IMG/VR virus record: IMGVR_UViG_2671180037_000003
Coordinates: 2,401-66,400 of that record
From: a virus
Taxonomy: Duplodnaviria > Caudoviricetes
Reading direction: 5' to 3' (one strand)
Length of the DNA: 64,000 nucleotides
The notes beneath the pieces were generated by a model. That model had not been told where the DNA came from. It saw only the letters and a program-made list of their open reading frames with translations, and did no database searches. A program made the translations under genes and the position numbers. This document shows positions 54,427 through 64,000 of this stretch, one piece after another. Numbering within the stretch: the stretch's first letter is position 1; every line of letters begins with the position of its first letter.

Positions 54427-55602
54427 ATGACTGGATACTCCGACCTAAGTGCAGACAAGAAACGGAAGTTCGAGGAAGCTATTTTTGATTACCCTACGTT
54501 AATTGAGCAAGCACAGAATCACCTAGAGTTCTTTATTGGATTCAATAAAGATCACTATCGAGGTGAAAACGAGAGTATCAAGCTAACATGGTACGAATAT
54601 AATGGGTTATATGCTGAGGCCGTAGCACTTAACTTACCGGGAAAGCATCATGAAGTTCGCATAAGTTACGGCACTCTAATGGAGCTATCTTGCGATGCGC
54701 ACGCTTTAACTAGATTTTCAGCGGGTATAAGGAGTGGAGAACTTGCCGACCTTTACAAGCAGTTTGGAAAAACCCCGAACCTCAACTGCCACGGCATTCT
54801 TCCTGAAGGCTTGGAACCAGCCAAATGTCAGCAAAGACTATATTTCCACGCGTTAGAATGGATATTCCATCACGAAGCAGCTCACCTCCTTCAGAATCAC
54901 GCACTGTATCGCCTCGACGGAAACGGGCACACACAGTCATCGTTATCCGTGGCAGAGTTCGGAAGCGAGGAAGCGAATAGCATTTCCGGCTATGCCTCCG
55001 AGATATCGCACGTTACTGAGCTAGCCGCTGATTATGAAGCCATCTATCGATTGCTTATCTCTATAGCAATAAGTAAGAGATTGGCAGCCAAAGACGGTTT
55101 AGTACCCGATCAAAACATGAACGAGACCGACATATGGCTAATACTCGGCAGCATGGCTTCAGTTTTTTTATTATTCTATAGATGCAATCCATCCCCTTTT
55201 AATGGAAAAGCATTAGGCAAGCACCCTCATCCAGCAATACGCTTTCAATTCGCCATGAGAGCAATGGCTAGGCAGATAATGTCACCAGCGTTTAAAAATG
55301 AATTTGGAATAGACCTTGACGAGCAGCGTATTGGCTGGCTTGCTCATCAGGTATTTATAACGTGTGGATCCAATTTCATTCAGCGCTACGAGAGAGATCC
55401 GAATGAGGCCGTTGAATTTGGAAACCTTATTCTTTTAGACGATAGCATCGAAAAAGCCGAATACTATCATTGTATTAAATCGCACTGGGAAAGACTGAGA
55501 AGAGAAATAAAGACACACTATCCCGACCAGGATTTTTTTCTCATGGAATTCGACGAAGGCATTACAAAACGCGCGACCGCTTACGCTGAATCGAAGAAAT
55601 AG
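54427..55602 (+). CDS. Lit-like (peptidase U49-type) HExxH metallopeptidase
   Basis: WIFHHEAAH, ELAADYEA, HPHPAIRF; AT-rich. Confidence 0.75.
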   Translation: MTGYSDLSADKKRKFEEAIFDYPTLIEQAQNHLEFFIGFNKDHYRGENESIKLTWYEYNGLYAEAVALNLPGKHHEVRISYGTLMELSCDAHALTRFSAGIRSGELADLYKQFGKTPNLNCHGILPEGLEPAKCQQRLYFHALEWIFHHEAAHLLQNHALYRLDGNGHTQSSLSVAEFGSEEANSISGYASEISHVTELAADYEAIYRLLISIAISKRLAAKDGLVPDQNMNETDIWLILGSMASVFLLFYRCNPSPFNGKALGKHPHPAIRFQFAMRAMARQIMSPAFKNEFGIDLDEQRIGWLAHQVFITCGSNFIQRYERDPNEAVEFGNLILLDDSIEKAEYYHCIKSHWERLRREIKTHYPDQDFFLMEFDEGITKRATAYAESKK

Positions 55603-55660
55603 CCGGCCCAATTTCGTTCAACTCTTCAATTCACCCTCCTAGGCAGAGTGAATATACAGC

Positions 55661-56038
55661 GTGACCGACGAAACCCCATCGACGCGGCCGCCTGCACCCC
55701 GCAGAATGCTGGATATCCAACCAGTAAATGCCGCCATGTATTTCGACATCGTCCCGATGCGCGTCCGGGGTAAGCCGCGCGAGCCGCGAGACCTGCGCAA
55801 CGCCCAGCCGGTGCGCGGCGACGTGCACATGGTGCAGGCGCGCGAAACGCCGCTTGGCCGCGCCTCCACCGTCGCCTACCTGCAGAACCAACACCACGAC
55901 TTGGACCAGTTGCCCAGGCTCTACGACGCCGTGATCCACGGTATGGCCAGCAACGGCGCCACCATCACCGGCATCGAACTGGTCGACGGCGCGGCGTACG
56001 CCCAGTCCTGGTGGATCAGAACGCCTGGCCCGGCGTGA
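55661..56038 (+). CDS. hypothetical protein
   Basis: LPRLYDA......ITGIE......YAQSWW. Confidence 0.6.
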   Translation: MTDETPSTRPPAPRRMLDIQPVNAAMYFDIVPMRVRGKPREPRDLRNAQPVRGDVHMVQARETPLGRASTVAYLQNQHHDLDQLPRLYDAVIHGMASNGATITGIELVDGAAYAQSWWIRTPGPA

Positions 56039-56168
56039 GCCGAATAATCCCTGCTATTCGGCTCACTTCCATCTCTCGCTCCAAGACCATTCCCCGCCAT
56101 CACGCCACAGCGAGGTGCCCCCATTGCTTCCGGAAAATACGGCAAACGCGTCTGCCAGCCCCTACCAC

Positions 56169-56537
56169 ATGCACCTCTCCGCCCTCGCCCGCACGCTGGG
56201 CAACTTCCTCTATCGCTACGGCAGCGAAGTGCAGTTGCACGAGGCAATGGCGCGGGTGCTTACCGAAGCTGGCCACACCTTCGTGCGTGAGCAGATCCTC
56301 GACGCGAAGAACCGCGCCGACTTCTGGTTTCCCGAGAGCCGGCTGGTCATCGAGGTGAAGGTTGACGGCACGCTGGCGGAAGCGCTGCGCCAGTGCGGGC
56401 GGTACCAGAACCTGCCGGTCGTGAACGGCGTGCTGCTGGCCAGCACCCAGCGCTGGGCGAGCATGCCGCTCACGGAGCGCCCCGCCTGGGGCGGAAAACC
56501 CTTCCACATGATTCGCCTGGGACGACAAGCCCTATGA
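56169..56537 (+). CDS. PD-(D/E)xK-like nuclease
   Basis: SE..L, RE, RADFW, VIEVK, QCGRY. Confidence 0.7.
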   Translation: MHLSALARTLGNFLYRYGSEVQLHEAMARVLTEAGHTFVREQILDAKNRADFWFPESRLVIEVKVDGTLAEALRQCGRYQNLPVVNGVLLASTQRWASMPLTERPAWGGKPFHMIRLGRQAL

Positions 56538-58294
56538 CCACGGACAGCTACGGCCAGGTCGCCTTCAACGGTCGCACCTGGCGGATCACCTGCGAGCCGC
56601 AGGTGCGCTCCCGCCTCAAGCGCGTGTTTCCCCGCGTGCCGCAGGGTGCCGCCAACCACGTCGACCTGGTGGGGAGCCCAGAGAACAGCCGCGAGCTGCT
56701 GTGGTTCCTGCAGCGCTACCCGATGACGATGGAGGCCGAGGTCCAGGCCGCGCTCGAGCACCTGGCAGCCCGGCATGTGGAGATGGAGCAGAGCCTGGCG
56801 GCACTGGTTGCCGGCCGGCTGCACCTGCCAGCCTTCGAGTTGGCCAAGCCGCCGCGCGAGTACCAGCGCTACGCCGGCGCGCAGGTGGCCATCCGTGGCG
56901 GGCTGCTGGTGGCGGACGACCTCGGCCTGGGCAAGACCGTGACGGGCATGTGCCCGTTGGCAATACCGGAGAACCTGCCGGCCGTGGTGGTATACCCCGC
57001 CGCGCTGCCGAACCACTGGCCGGAGAAGCTTGCCGAGTTCGTGCCGAACCTGCGTGTGCATCACATCCGCAAGGGCCAGCCCTACCCGCTGATCCGCCAG
57101 CCGCGCCAGCGCATCATCGACCTGTGGGACACCCTGCCGGACGTGATTCTGGTCAGCTACCACAAGCTGCGCGGCTGGGCGGAAACCCTGGCTGAAATCG
57201 TCCAGTACGCGGTGTTCGAGGAATGCCAGCAACTGCGCAGCCCAGACAGCGACATCTACCGCGCCTGCTGCCACCTGGCCGAGCACGCCCGCCTGCGCAT
57301 GGGCCTCACCGCCACGCCAATCTACAACTACGGCTCAGAGTTCTACCACGTGGTGAACCCGCTGATTCCGGATTGCCTGGGCGGCTACGACGAGTTCCTC
57401 CGCGAGTGGTGCATCGGCTCGCCGGGCGAGAAGCCCAAGCTGCGCGACGCCGAGCAGTTCGGCACCTACCTGCGCCGTGAGGGCATCATGCTGCGCCGCA
57501 CGCGCGCCGAGGTTGGCCGCGAGCTGCCGGCGCTTTCGAAGATCCCGCACGAGATCGAGTCCGACAGCCGCGTGCTGGAGAACATCACCGGGGACGCCGT
57601 CGCCCTGGCCAAGACCATCCTCAAGGCGAATGAGGCGTTCAGCGGCGAGAAGATGCGCGCCGCCGGCGAGTTCGACAGGTTGGTGCGCCAGGCTACCGGT
57701 GTGGCCAAGGCGCCCTACGTGGCCGAGTTCGTCCGCTTGCTGGTCGAGAGCGGCCAGCAGGTGCTGCTCTTCGGTTGGCACCGCGAGGTGTACGGCATCT
57801 GGCTGGAAAAACTCGCCGCGTTCAACCCGGTGATGTACACCGGCAGCGAGTCGCCGAAGGAGAAGCAGGCCGCCAAGGAGGCCTTCATCGCTGGCGACAG
57901 CCGCGTGATGCTGATCAGCCTGCGCGCTGGAGCCGGCATCGACGGCCTGCAGTATGGCTGCAGCACCGTGGTGTTCGGCGAGCTGGACTGGTCGCCCGGC
58001 GTGCACGAGCAGTGCATCGGCCGCGTCCACCGCGATGGCCAGGCCGAGCCGGTGCAGGCGTTCTTCCTGATCTCGGATGAAGGCAGTGACCCGATCGTCT
58101 CCGACGTGCTCGGCGTGAAGCGCGAGCAGATCGAGGGCGTGCGCAACCCCGGCGACAACCTGGTGGAGCGCCGCGATATCGGCGAGAACCAACTGCGGCA
58201 ACTCGCCCAGCGCTTCCTCAAGGAGCAGGGAGTCGCCATTCCCAGCACCAGCGAGCCCGCGGCGCTGCGCCCGCAGCAGTTCGAGTTGACGTAA
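56534..58294 (+). CDS. SNF2-family helicase
   Basis: ADDLGLGKT, FEECQ, LTATP, MLRRT, GIDGLQ, QCIGRVHRDGQ. Confidence 0.9.
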   Translation: MTTDSYGQVAFNGRTWRITCEPQVRSRLKRVFPRVPQGAANHVDLVGSPENSRELLWFLQRYPMTMEAEVQAALEHLAARHVEMEQSLAALVAGRLHLPAFELAKPPREYQRYAGAQVAIRGGLLVADDLGLGKTVTGMCPLAIPENLPAVVVYPAALPNHWPEKLAEFVPNLRVHHIRKGQPYPLIRQPRQRIIDLWDTLPDVILVSYHKLRGWAETLAEIVQYAVFEECQQLRSPDSDIYRACCHLAEHARLRMGLTATPIYNYGSEFYHVVNPLIPDCLGGYDEFLREWCIGSPGEKPKLRDAEQFGTYLRREGIMLRRTRAEVGRELPALSKIPHEIESDSRVLENITGDAVALAKTILKANEAFSGEKMRAAGEFDRLVRQATGVAKAPYVAEFVRLLVESGQQVLLFGWHREVYGIWLEKLAAFNPVMYTGSESPKEKQAAKEAFIAGDSRVMLISLRAGAGIDGLQYGCSTVVFGELDWSPGVHEQCIGRVHRDGQAEPVQAFFLISDEGSDPIVSDVLGVKREQIEGVRNPGDNLVERRDIGENQLRQLAQRFLKEQGVAIPSTSEPAALRPQQFELT

Positions 58295-58304
58295 TGGGCC
58301 AGCG

Positions 58305-58547
58305 CTACGGAAGCGGCACCTGAATCGGCAACCCAGCCGCCTGCAGCCCCTCGGCTATCTCGTCGAGCACCGAGAGGGTGAGCAATTGCCGGGTTTCGAT
58401 GATGAGGCGGCAGGGGTCGTTCGGGTCGGCCGGCGGCTCGCCCCAGATGTGAACGCCAAGTTCCCTTTCGCCGGTGGGTGCAACGACCACTTGGCACACC
58501 TGGGTGAAGTCCACTCTCGCGATATCGCTAGGCAGGATGACTTTCAT
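58305..58547 (-). CDS. hypothetical protein
   Basis: Short antisense ORF with GGAG RBS. Confidence 0.55.
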   Translation of the reverse strand: MKVILPSDIARVDFTQVCQVVVAPTGERELGVHIWGEPPADPNDPCRLIIETRQLLTLSVLDEIAEGLQAAGLPIQVPLP

Positions 58548-58779
58548 TCTTCGCTCCATGAAGAAAAACGGACGTGACTGGCTGTCACGCAATCGACTGG
58601 CGGGACACAGCCCGCCAACTCCGCATTGCACCACCCGCTGGGCGGGAAGGCTCGTGCGAATAGGCCGCCCCACCCGGCTGCCATCCTTGCCCGATGCGCA
58701 GCCGGGCGAGCGGCGCCCGCGGAGTATCCCATCTTTCCCTTACCGATCACCGCCATCTGCCAGGCGGCAAGGAGTCGCT

Positions 58780-59286
58780 ATGCATGCACCAACCCTCAAG
58801 CGCATCTACGTGAGCGGCCCGATGACCGGCCTGCCCGACCTCAACTTCCCCGCGTTCTACGCCGAGGCTGCGCGCCTTGAGGCGATGGGCTACGAGGTGG
58901 TGAACCCCGCGTCGCTCAACCCGGCGAACGCCACCTGGTCCGAGTGCATGCGCACCGACATCGCCGCACTGATGACCTGCGATGCCCTGGTGCTGCTGCC
59001 CGGCTGGGCGGATTCCAACGGCGCGATGGTCGAGCTGCAACTGGCCCACCGCTTGGGCATGCGCGTGCTGACGACGGCGGAGATTCCAGCACCAGAAGCG
59101 CCGGCGGCAGCCGGCACCATCGCAGTGGATGCCGACGCGCTGCGCACCATCCTCCAGGCCCTGCTCGGCTCGCCGCATCTCATCCGGGAGCAACAAGCCT
59201 TCGCCGATCTACCAAACAGCGCGATCAGCAAGCTGGTCGATCAGTACGAGGCATGGGCAACAGAGCAGCCGAGGAAGCAAGCATGA
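58780..59286 (+). CDS. DUF4406 family protein
   Basis: RIYVSGPMTGLPDLNFPAF, CD...LLPGW..S.GA..E. Confidence 0.88.
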   Translation: MHAPTLKRIYVSGPMTGLPDLNFPAFYAEAARLEAMGYEVVNPASLNPANATWSECMRTDIAALMTCDALVLLPGWADSNGAMVELQLAHRLGMRVLTTAEIPAPEAPAAAGTIAVDADALRTILQALLGSPHLIREQQAFADLPNSAISKLVDQYEAWATEQPRKQA

Positions 59287-60041
59287 AGGAACGTCCGATT
59301 TTGTTCAGCGAGGAGATGGTTCGCGCAATTCTGGATGGCCGGAAGACTGTTACCAGGCGCGCGATCAAGCCGATTATGCGCAGCGCCGACCTCCAGTTTG
59401 ATCTTCAGCAGGAGGCAGACGGCAGCTGGAACCCTTACCACACCTTCGACGAATCCCGCTTCGACCGAAGCGGCACAGAGCATCCAATCAAATGCCCCTA
59501 CGGCCAGCCCGGTGACCGGTTGTGGGTTCGCGAGACCTGGGGCGTCATCAGTCACACCTGGGATGAGCGTGGAGAAATGGCTGATTGGGTTCCTGATCGG
59601 CCCGCAACGCCAATCCGCGAGTTGCGTTTCGGGCGTGGCTACTACTCTGGCCACGCCATCTATGCAGCGGATGGTCCCGCGGAATGGGCAGGCGATGACG
59701 ATGGTGGCGGCGAACCGCGTTCGGCGTGGAAACCATCGATTCACATGCCGCGGGGCGCCTCCCGCATCCTGCTGGAGATCACCGCAGTGCGCGTCGAGCG
59801 GTTGCAGGCCGGTGAAGGGGAGACGGCATTTGAAAGCCGCTATGTCGCCGAAGGCATCCATCGAATCCATCACGGTGACGGTGATTATTACTTCCACGCC
59901 TTCAAAGACGAGCCCGGTCCAGGCAACTGGTGCGATCCGTTTGACGCCTGGCGCGAGCTTTGGGTCTCCATCAACGGCGCCGATTCCTGGAACGCCAACC
60001 CCTGGGTCTGGGTCGTCGAATTCAAGCAGGTGAAGCCATGA
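59283..60041 (+). CDS. ASCH/PUA-like phage protein
   Basis: MKERPILFS..MVRAILDGRKTVTRR, PGDRLWVRETW, WKPSIHMPR, NPWVWVVEF. Confidence 0.85.
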   Translation: MKERPILFSEEMVRAILDGRKTVTRRAIKPIMRSADLQFDLQQEADGSWNPYHTFDESRFDRSGTEHPIKCPYGQPGDRLWVRETWGVISHTWDERGEMADWVPDRPATPIRELRFGRGYYSGHAIYAADGPAEWAGDDDGGGEPRSAWKPSIHMPRGASRILLEITAVRVERLQAGEGETAFESRYVAEGIHRIHHGDGDYYFHAFKDEPGPGNWCDPFDAWRELWVSINGADSWNANPWVWVVEFKQVKP

Positions 60042-60427
60042 GCCTCTCCCGCAACGAACGCCGGGCGCTGAATCGATCCAACCAGTCGCAACCTCGCTAC
60101 CTCGCGCAGGTGCCGCGCGCGGCCTGGCCAGCACACAACCAGCCAAGCCTGATCGAGGTGTGGCGCAGCCGCCACTACCTCGTGCAGGTCTTCGACGAGG
60201 CTGAGGGCGTGCAGCGTCTCAGCGTTTGCCGCACCAGCCACAACGGCGACAGCTGGGTCGACCAGATCACCTGGGACGAACTCATGCAGTGCAAGCGCGA
60301 ATGCGGCCGCGGTGACCGGGATGCCCTGGAGGTTTACCCGGCAGACCGCGACGTGGTGAACGTCGCCAACATGCGCCACCTCTGGCTGCCGCCAGCGCCC
60401 GTTCCATTCGCCTGGAGAAAGCGATGA
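60038..60427 (+). CDS. hypothetical phage protein
   Basis: ITWDEL..CK..CG.G...A.EVYP....VVNVANMRHLW. Confidence 0.75.
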   Translation: MSLSRNERRALNRSNQSQPRYLAQVPRAAWPAHNQPSLIEVWRSRHYLVQVFDEAEGVQRLSVCRTSHNGDSWVDQITWDELMQCKRECGRGDRDALEVYPADRDVVNVANMRHLWLPPAPVPFAWRKR

Positions 60428-60509
60428 CCGCCCGCACCTTCTGCCGCACCCACCGCAAACCCGCCAGCGAATGCCCGTGCTTCCGCTGCAACCCGCCGGA
60501 GCCCACGCC

Positions 60510-60737
60510 ATGCCCGAGCCCCACCGCCTGATCGCCAGCCATTGCGAGGACGTCATCGGCCGCCGGCTGATCGTCCTCGACGGCATGCCCGGCAACCGCG
60601 CCGAGCTCTACCCGAAAGACCTCCGCGCCCTCGCCCGCCAACTCATCCAGATCGCCAACGACGCCGACCAAGGCGCCACCGGCCTCATTACCTATCCAGA
60701 CGATCTGTCAGTGAACGTCCACCAGGAGGCTCCGTAG
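60510..60737 (+). CDS. hypothetical protein
   Basis: LRALARQLIQIANDAD. Confidence 0.6.
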   Translation: MPEPHRLIASHCEDVIGRRLIVLDGMPGNRAELYPKDLRALARQLIQIANDADQGATGLITYPDDLSVNVHQEAP

Positions 60738-60739
60738 CC

Positions 60740-61396
60740 ATGGAGAAGAACACGCCTGATTTGCTCGAACTGATCCGCCGCGCATGGCGACTGATCCCGT
60801 CCGAGACCATGATCGACCCAGCATTCGCCGAGGAGCACGCGGCCTGGCATCTCGAAGCAAGCGCTGTTCTTCGCGCGGTTGAAGGGCAGCCGTCAGCCAC
60901 TACGCGGGTCGTGATGCCTGAGCTGCAGCGGCTCGCAACTGAGCTCTGTGATGCGGTCGAGAACATCAACGACCTTCCGCCGGTGAAATATGCGCTTCAA
61001 GCGGGGCGTGCGGTGAACAAGGTGCGCGACGAAGTAGCCCGCCTCAACGCCTCGCCTGCCGAGCAGCAGACCGACGCTGCGCGTGACGTCCTGGCCGAGC
61101 GCCAGCGGCAGATCGCCTTCGAGCTTTGGACACCCGAGCATGACGATGAGCATGTCTGCGATGAGATCGCGGCTTTCGCAAGCTTCTACGCCATGCCCCC
61201 GGCGGCGAGGGAATGGGACGCTACCAGCACCGGCTATGGCCTCACCCTCGGCCAGGCTATCGTCCCCGAAGGTTGGCAGACCAAGACCGGCGACCGGCGG
61301 CGCGAGCTGGTGATTGCAGGCGCCCTGATCCTCGCCGAGATCGAACGTCTGGACCGCGCAGCCCTCTCCATCACCCAGCAGGAAGTGAAGCCGTGA
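60740..61396 (+). CDS. hypothetical phage protein
   Basis: DVLAERQRQ...W.PEHDD, RRELV.AGALILAEIERLDR. Confidence 0.75.
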   Translation: MEKNTPDLLELIRRAWRLIPSETMIDPAFAEEHAAWHLEASAVLRAVEGQPSATTRVVMPELQRLATELCDAVENINDLPPVKYALQAGRAVNKVRDEVARLNASPAEQQTDAARDVLAERQRQIAFELWTPEHDDEHVCDEIAAFASFYAMPPAAREWDATSTGYGLTLGQAIVPEGWQTKTGDRRRELVIAGALILAEIERLDRAALSITQQEVKP

Positions 61397-61755
61397 AGGC
61401 CCGAATAGAAAAGAAGCTGAGCAATCGGCTTACTCAAATCGCGCCGTCGCAGTTCCCTCGCTCTTGGGTAGACAAGGAGGTCAGCGAACTGGCCTGGAAG
61501 CAACGCACCAGGGTAAGCCACATTCGCAGCGTTGGTGGAGGCACCGACTACTGGGGCGAAGGCATGGACGCGTACACCGTCTGGGCTGATTGGCGTATGA
61601 ACTGGTACTGGCATGGCCCATTCAAATCATACCCGGAAGGCCATGAGTATGAAGGCTGCCCGGATACAGGGACCTTTCGACCAACAACGCGAAACCTGCT
61701 GCGCCTGGCGGCAGACTGCGAGCGCGCGAGGCGCGGCAAGGACGGTGCGCGATGA
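61393..61755 (+). CDS. hypothetical protein
   Basis: GTGA-coupled; VGGGTDYWGEG. Confidence 0.65.
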   Translation: MKARIEKKLSNRLTQIAPSQFPRSWVDKEVSELAWKQRTRVSHIRSVGGGTDYWGEGMDAYTVWADWRMNWYWHGPFKSYPEGHEYEGCPDTGTFRPTTRNLLRLAADCERARRGKDGAR

Positions 61756-62186
61756 GCCTCCCCTACGAAAACGCCACGTCGGGCGACAAGGCCTTCGCCG
61801 AAATCCAGAAGATCCTCGCCCGCTTCGGCTGCGACAACTACGGGATCATGCAGAAGCGCGCCGAGCAGGTGACGCTGCTTCAATTCGAATGGCACGGCCG
61901 AACGGTCCAGGTGCCGGCGAACTGGGGTGGCTACGCCACTACGTGGCTGCGCGAGCACCCGCACACTTCCCGCATGCGCTGCACCCAGGCGGAGTATCGC
62001 GAGCGAGCGATGGAGATCGCGCAGATCGCTGTGTGCTCGGTGCTCCGCGACTGGGTGAAGGCCCAGGTCACCATGGTCGAGTGCCAGCTCATGACGCTCG
62101 AGGAAGTCTTCATGCCCCACATGCTGCTACCGAACGGCAAGCGCTTGGTCGAGCACGCTCAGAAGCTGCTGGAGAACGACAGATGA
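61752..62186 (+). CDS. hypothetical protein
   Basis: PYENATSG..A..EI...L..FG, LRDWVK. Confidence 0.75.
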   Translation: MSLPYENATSGDKAFAEIQKILARFGCDNYGIMQKRAEQVTLLQFEWHGRTVQVPANWGGYATTWLREHPHTSRMRCTQAEYRERAMEIAQIAVCSVLRDWVKAQVTMVECQLMTLEEVFMPHMLLPNGKRLVEHAQKLLENDR

Positions 62187-62626
62187 ACGACGACGTCATC
62201 GACTGCCCGGCCCTGCACCAGCAGAGCGCCGACTACCCCTTCGGCCGACGCGTACCGAAGACCGTGCGCATGCTCCGCCACGTAACCCCGGACCCGATGC
62301 CGGGGATCGGTCTGGCCTTCCTGGACCAAGACAAGCCGATCCCCGAAGCGTCGGCAGAGGCGCTGATCCCGGTCTGGACCAACCGCCACGGTGCGGTCGC
62401 TGCAGTTCTCCCAGACGGCCAGCGCCTCGGCCTGAAGCCGGATGAGTTCGAGGTGGTCGAGTGGCTCGACCTCGGCCCGCCCGACCCGCTGCCGGCCGCC
62501 CTCGCCCTGCTCAAACGCGCGAATCGCTACGTCAGCGTGCACGCCAGCATCGGCGGCCAGAAGCTGGGCGCCGAAATCACCGAGTTCATCGCCAGTGCCG
62601 GAAGGCAGGTGCGCAAAGGAGAATGA
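62183..62626 (+). CDS. hypothetical protein
   Basis: VWTNRHGAV.A...G..LG.KP.EFEV. Confidence 0.7.
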   Translation: MNDDVIDCPALHQQSADYPFGRRVPKTVRMLRHVTPDPMPGIGLAFLDQDKPIPEASAEALIPVWTNRHGAVAAVLPDGQRLGLKPDEFEVVEWLDLGPPDPLPAALALLKRANRYVSVHASIGGQKLGAEITEFIASAGRQVRKGE

Positions 62627-62859
62627 GCATGGCCAGGGTCATTTCACAGATGACGGTGCAACTGCCCCGCCTTATGGAGGCCAGCGAGTACCGCAAACTT
62701 CGGTACGCCGGCGGAAAACCGAGTCTGCAGCAGTTGAAGAAGTGGATCGAGGAAGGTGAATTGGAAGGGGAAATCCGAGGCGGCGTGTACTTCGTGGATT
62801 TGCAGGCCGCCCTGCTGGGCAGCAGCGATCCGCTTCTGGCCCGAATGCTGGAGCATTGA
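62623..62859 (+). CDS. excisionase-like DNA-binding protein
   Basis: PSLQQLKKWIEEG.L.G..RGG.YFVD; directly upstream of int. Confidence 0.75.
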   Translation: MSMARVISQMTVQLPRLMEASEYRKLRYAGGKPSLQQLKKWIEEGELEGEIRGGVYFVDLQAALLGSSDPLLARMLEH

Positions 62860-62860
62860 C

Positions 62861-64000
62861 ATGCCGCCGCGCCGCCGCAATGCGAAAAATCGCGATCTCC
62901 CGCCCAACCTGTACCCCAACGGGCGCTACTGGCAGTACCGCAACCCCATCACCGGCAAGAAGACCAGCATCAACAAGCCATTGGCCGAGGCAATCAAACT
63001 CGCCAGAGCGGCCAACGCGAAGCTGGCGCCGCTCATGGCCGACGACGGTGCACTGCTAGCGCTGATCACCGGAGAAGAGGCGCCCACCGTGAAGCGCCTG
63101 CTCCAGCGCTTCGAGCTGGAGTGGCTGCCCTCTCGCGGGCTCGCGGAGTCGACGGCGAAAGAGGTGCGCATCAAGCTGGAGCGCTACCGCGCCGACTTCA
63201 GCGGGAAATTGGTCGGGCAGATCGACGTGCTCGCCATGGCCGACTACCTCGACCAGTTCACGAACAACGCCTACACCAAGCACCGCGGGTTGCTGATCCA
63301 GATCTGGGACTTCGCCGTGGCCAAGGGGTTGGCCGAACGCAACGTCGCCGATATGACGCTGAAGAAGAAGGAGGCCGAGAAGAAACGCCAGCGCCACACC
63401 CTGGAGGGCGTGCAGAAGATCCTCTCCGCGGACACAACACCGGACTGGCTGCGGCGCGCGATCCGCCTGGCCCTGCTCAGCCTGCAGCGGCGCGAGGACT
63501 TGGTGACGTGGCAGCGGACCGCTGTCGATATGGCGGAAGGCATCATCAGAGTAAGCCCTGGGAAAACCGCCGGCTACGAGAATCCTATCCACTTGGAAAT
63601 AGAAATGGGTCCTGATCTGCGCGCCGTAGTCCAGGAATGCCTGGCGGATCCGATCGCCGGTCCCACCCTACTCCGCTACCGGCCTATGGCGCGCCGCCGC
63701 GAGCAGATCGACGCGAAGCAGCATTGGTCAGCAATTACCGAAAACTACCTGACGAACGAGTTTCGGAAAGCCCGCGACGCGGCTCATGCCTACGACCAAA
63801 TCGAGGACCCACGAGCGCGACCGACCGTGCATGAACTCCGCGCGCTCGGTGCCTGGCTCTACGAACAGCAGGGGTATCCGCTGGAGTATGTGCAGGCGCT
63901 GATGGGTCACGCTGACGGGGAAATGACCGCTTATTACCAGGGAGGGCACGTGAAGCAGGAGGCCCATTTCACGAGGGTTCAGGCGGGGTTGAAGCTGTAG
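62861..64000 (+). CDS. int: lambda-type integrase (tyrosine recombinase)
   Basis: Arm-binding N-terminus (RDLPPNLY...YRNPITGK), QRREDL, HELRALG, LMGH, YY; stop at 64000. Confidence 0.95.
   Translation: MPPRRRNAKNRDLPPNLYPNGRYWQYRNPITGKKTSINKPLAEAIKLARAANAKLAPLMADDGALLALITGEEAPTVKRLLQRFELEWLPSRGLAESTAKEVRIKLERYRADFSGKLVGQIDVLAMADYLDQFTNNAYTKHRGLLIQIWDFAVAKGLAERNVADMTLKKKEAEKKRQRHTLEGVQKILSADTTPDWLRRAIRLALLSLQRREDLVTWQRTAVDMAEGIIRVSPGKTAGYENPIHLEIEMGPDLRAVVQECLADPIAGPTLLRYRPMARRREQIDAKQHWSAITENYLTNEFRKARDAAHAYDQIEDPRARPTVHELRALGAWLYEQQGYPLEYVQALMGHADGEMTAYYQGGHVKQEAHFTRVQAGLKL

Larger units (their letters stand above)
4481..64000. mobile_element. lambda-like temperate prophage (cos-type siphovirus); right end lies just beyond the window
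   Basis: Complete head, tail, lysis, replication, immunity and integration modules between a tRNA-derived att and the integrase. Confidence 0.95.

Noticed and set aside
55644-55659. LexA box before ORF 55661
   Set aside because: Only one good half-site (CAGA-N8-ACAG)

Overview
High-GC, Pseudomonas-like DNA. Bases 1-4480 are host chromosome: small hypothetical genes, a YgdI/YgdR lipoprotein, and mntP under a yybP-ykoY Mn2+ riboswitch. From about 4481 to beyond 64000 lies an apparently intact lambda-like (cos-type, siphovirus) prophage of at least 59.5 kb. It is integrated in tRNA-Val(GAC): the 3' half of the tRNA sits at 4481-4530 and the integrase ends exactly at 64000. Order: LexA-boxed umuDC/SRAP cassette; spanins and endolysin; tail fibre, tail tip and tape measure with a G/GT -1 frameshift; an AT-rich HEPN moron; tail tube, ClpP-capsid fusion, portal, terminase and cos; holins; hicAB; Q-like; nin/replication region; cro/cI with clear operators; and a long early-left arm. 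That arm carries csrA, dense structured non-coding blocks, a C4 antisense RNA/antirepressor unit, four DNA-modification genes, a Lit-like peptidase, an SNF2 helicase, xis and int. The most unusual signals are (1) a C5-methyltransferase apparently encoded in two overlapping frames, with WPTP repeat modules and motif IX in the nested frame, (2) an ~800-nt array of nested RNA structures downstream of phage csrA plus a second structured block after ant, and (3) three AT-rich candidate defence inserts. All calls come from motif recognition by eye; no searches or folding programs were run.
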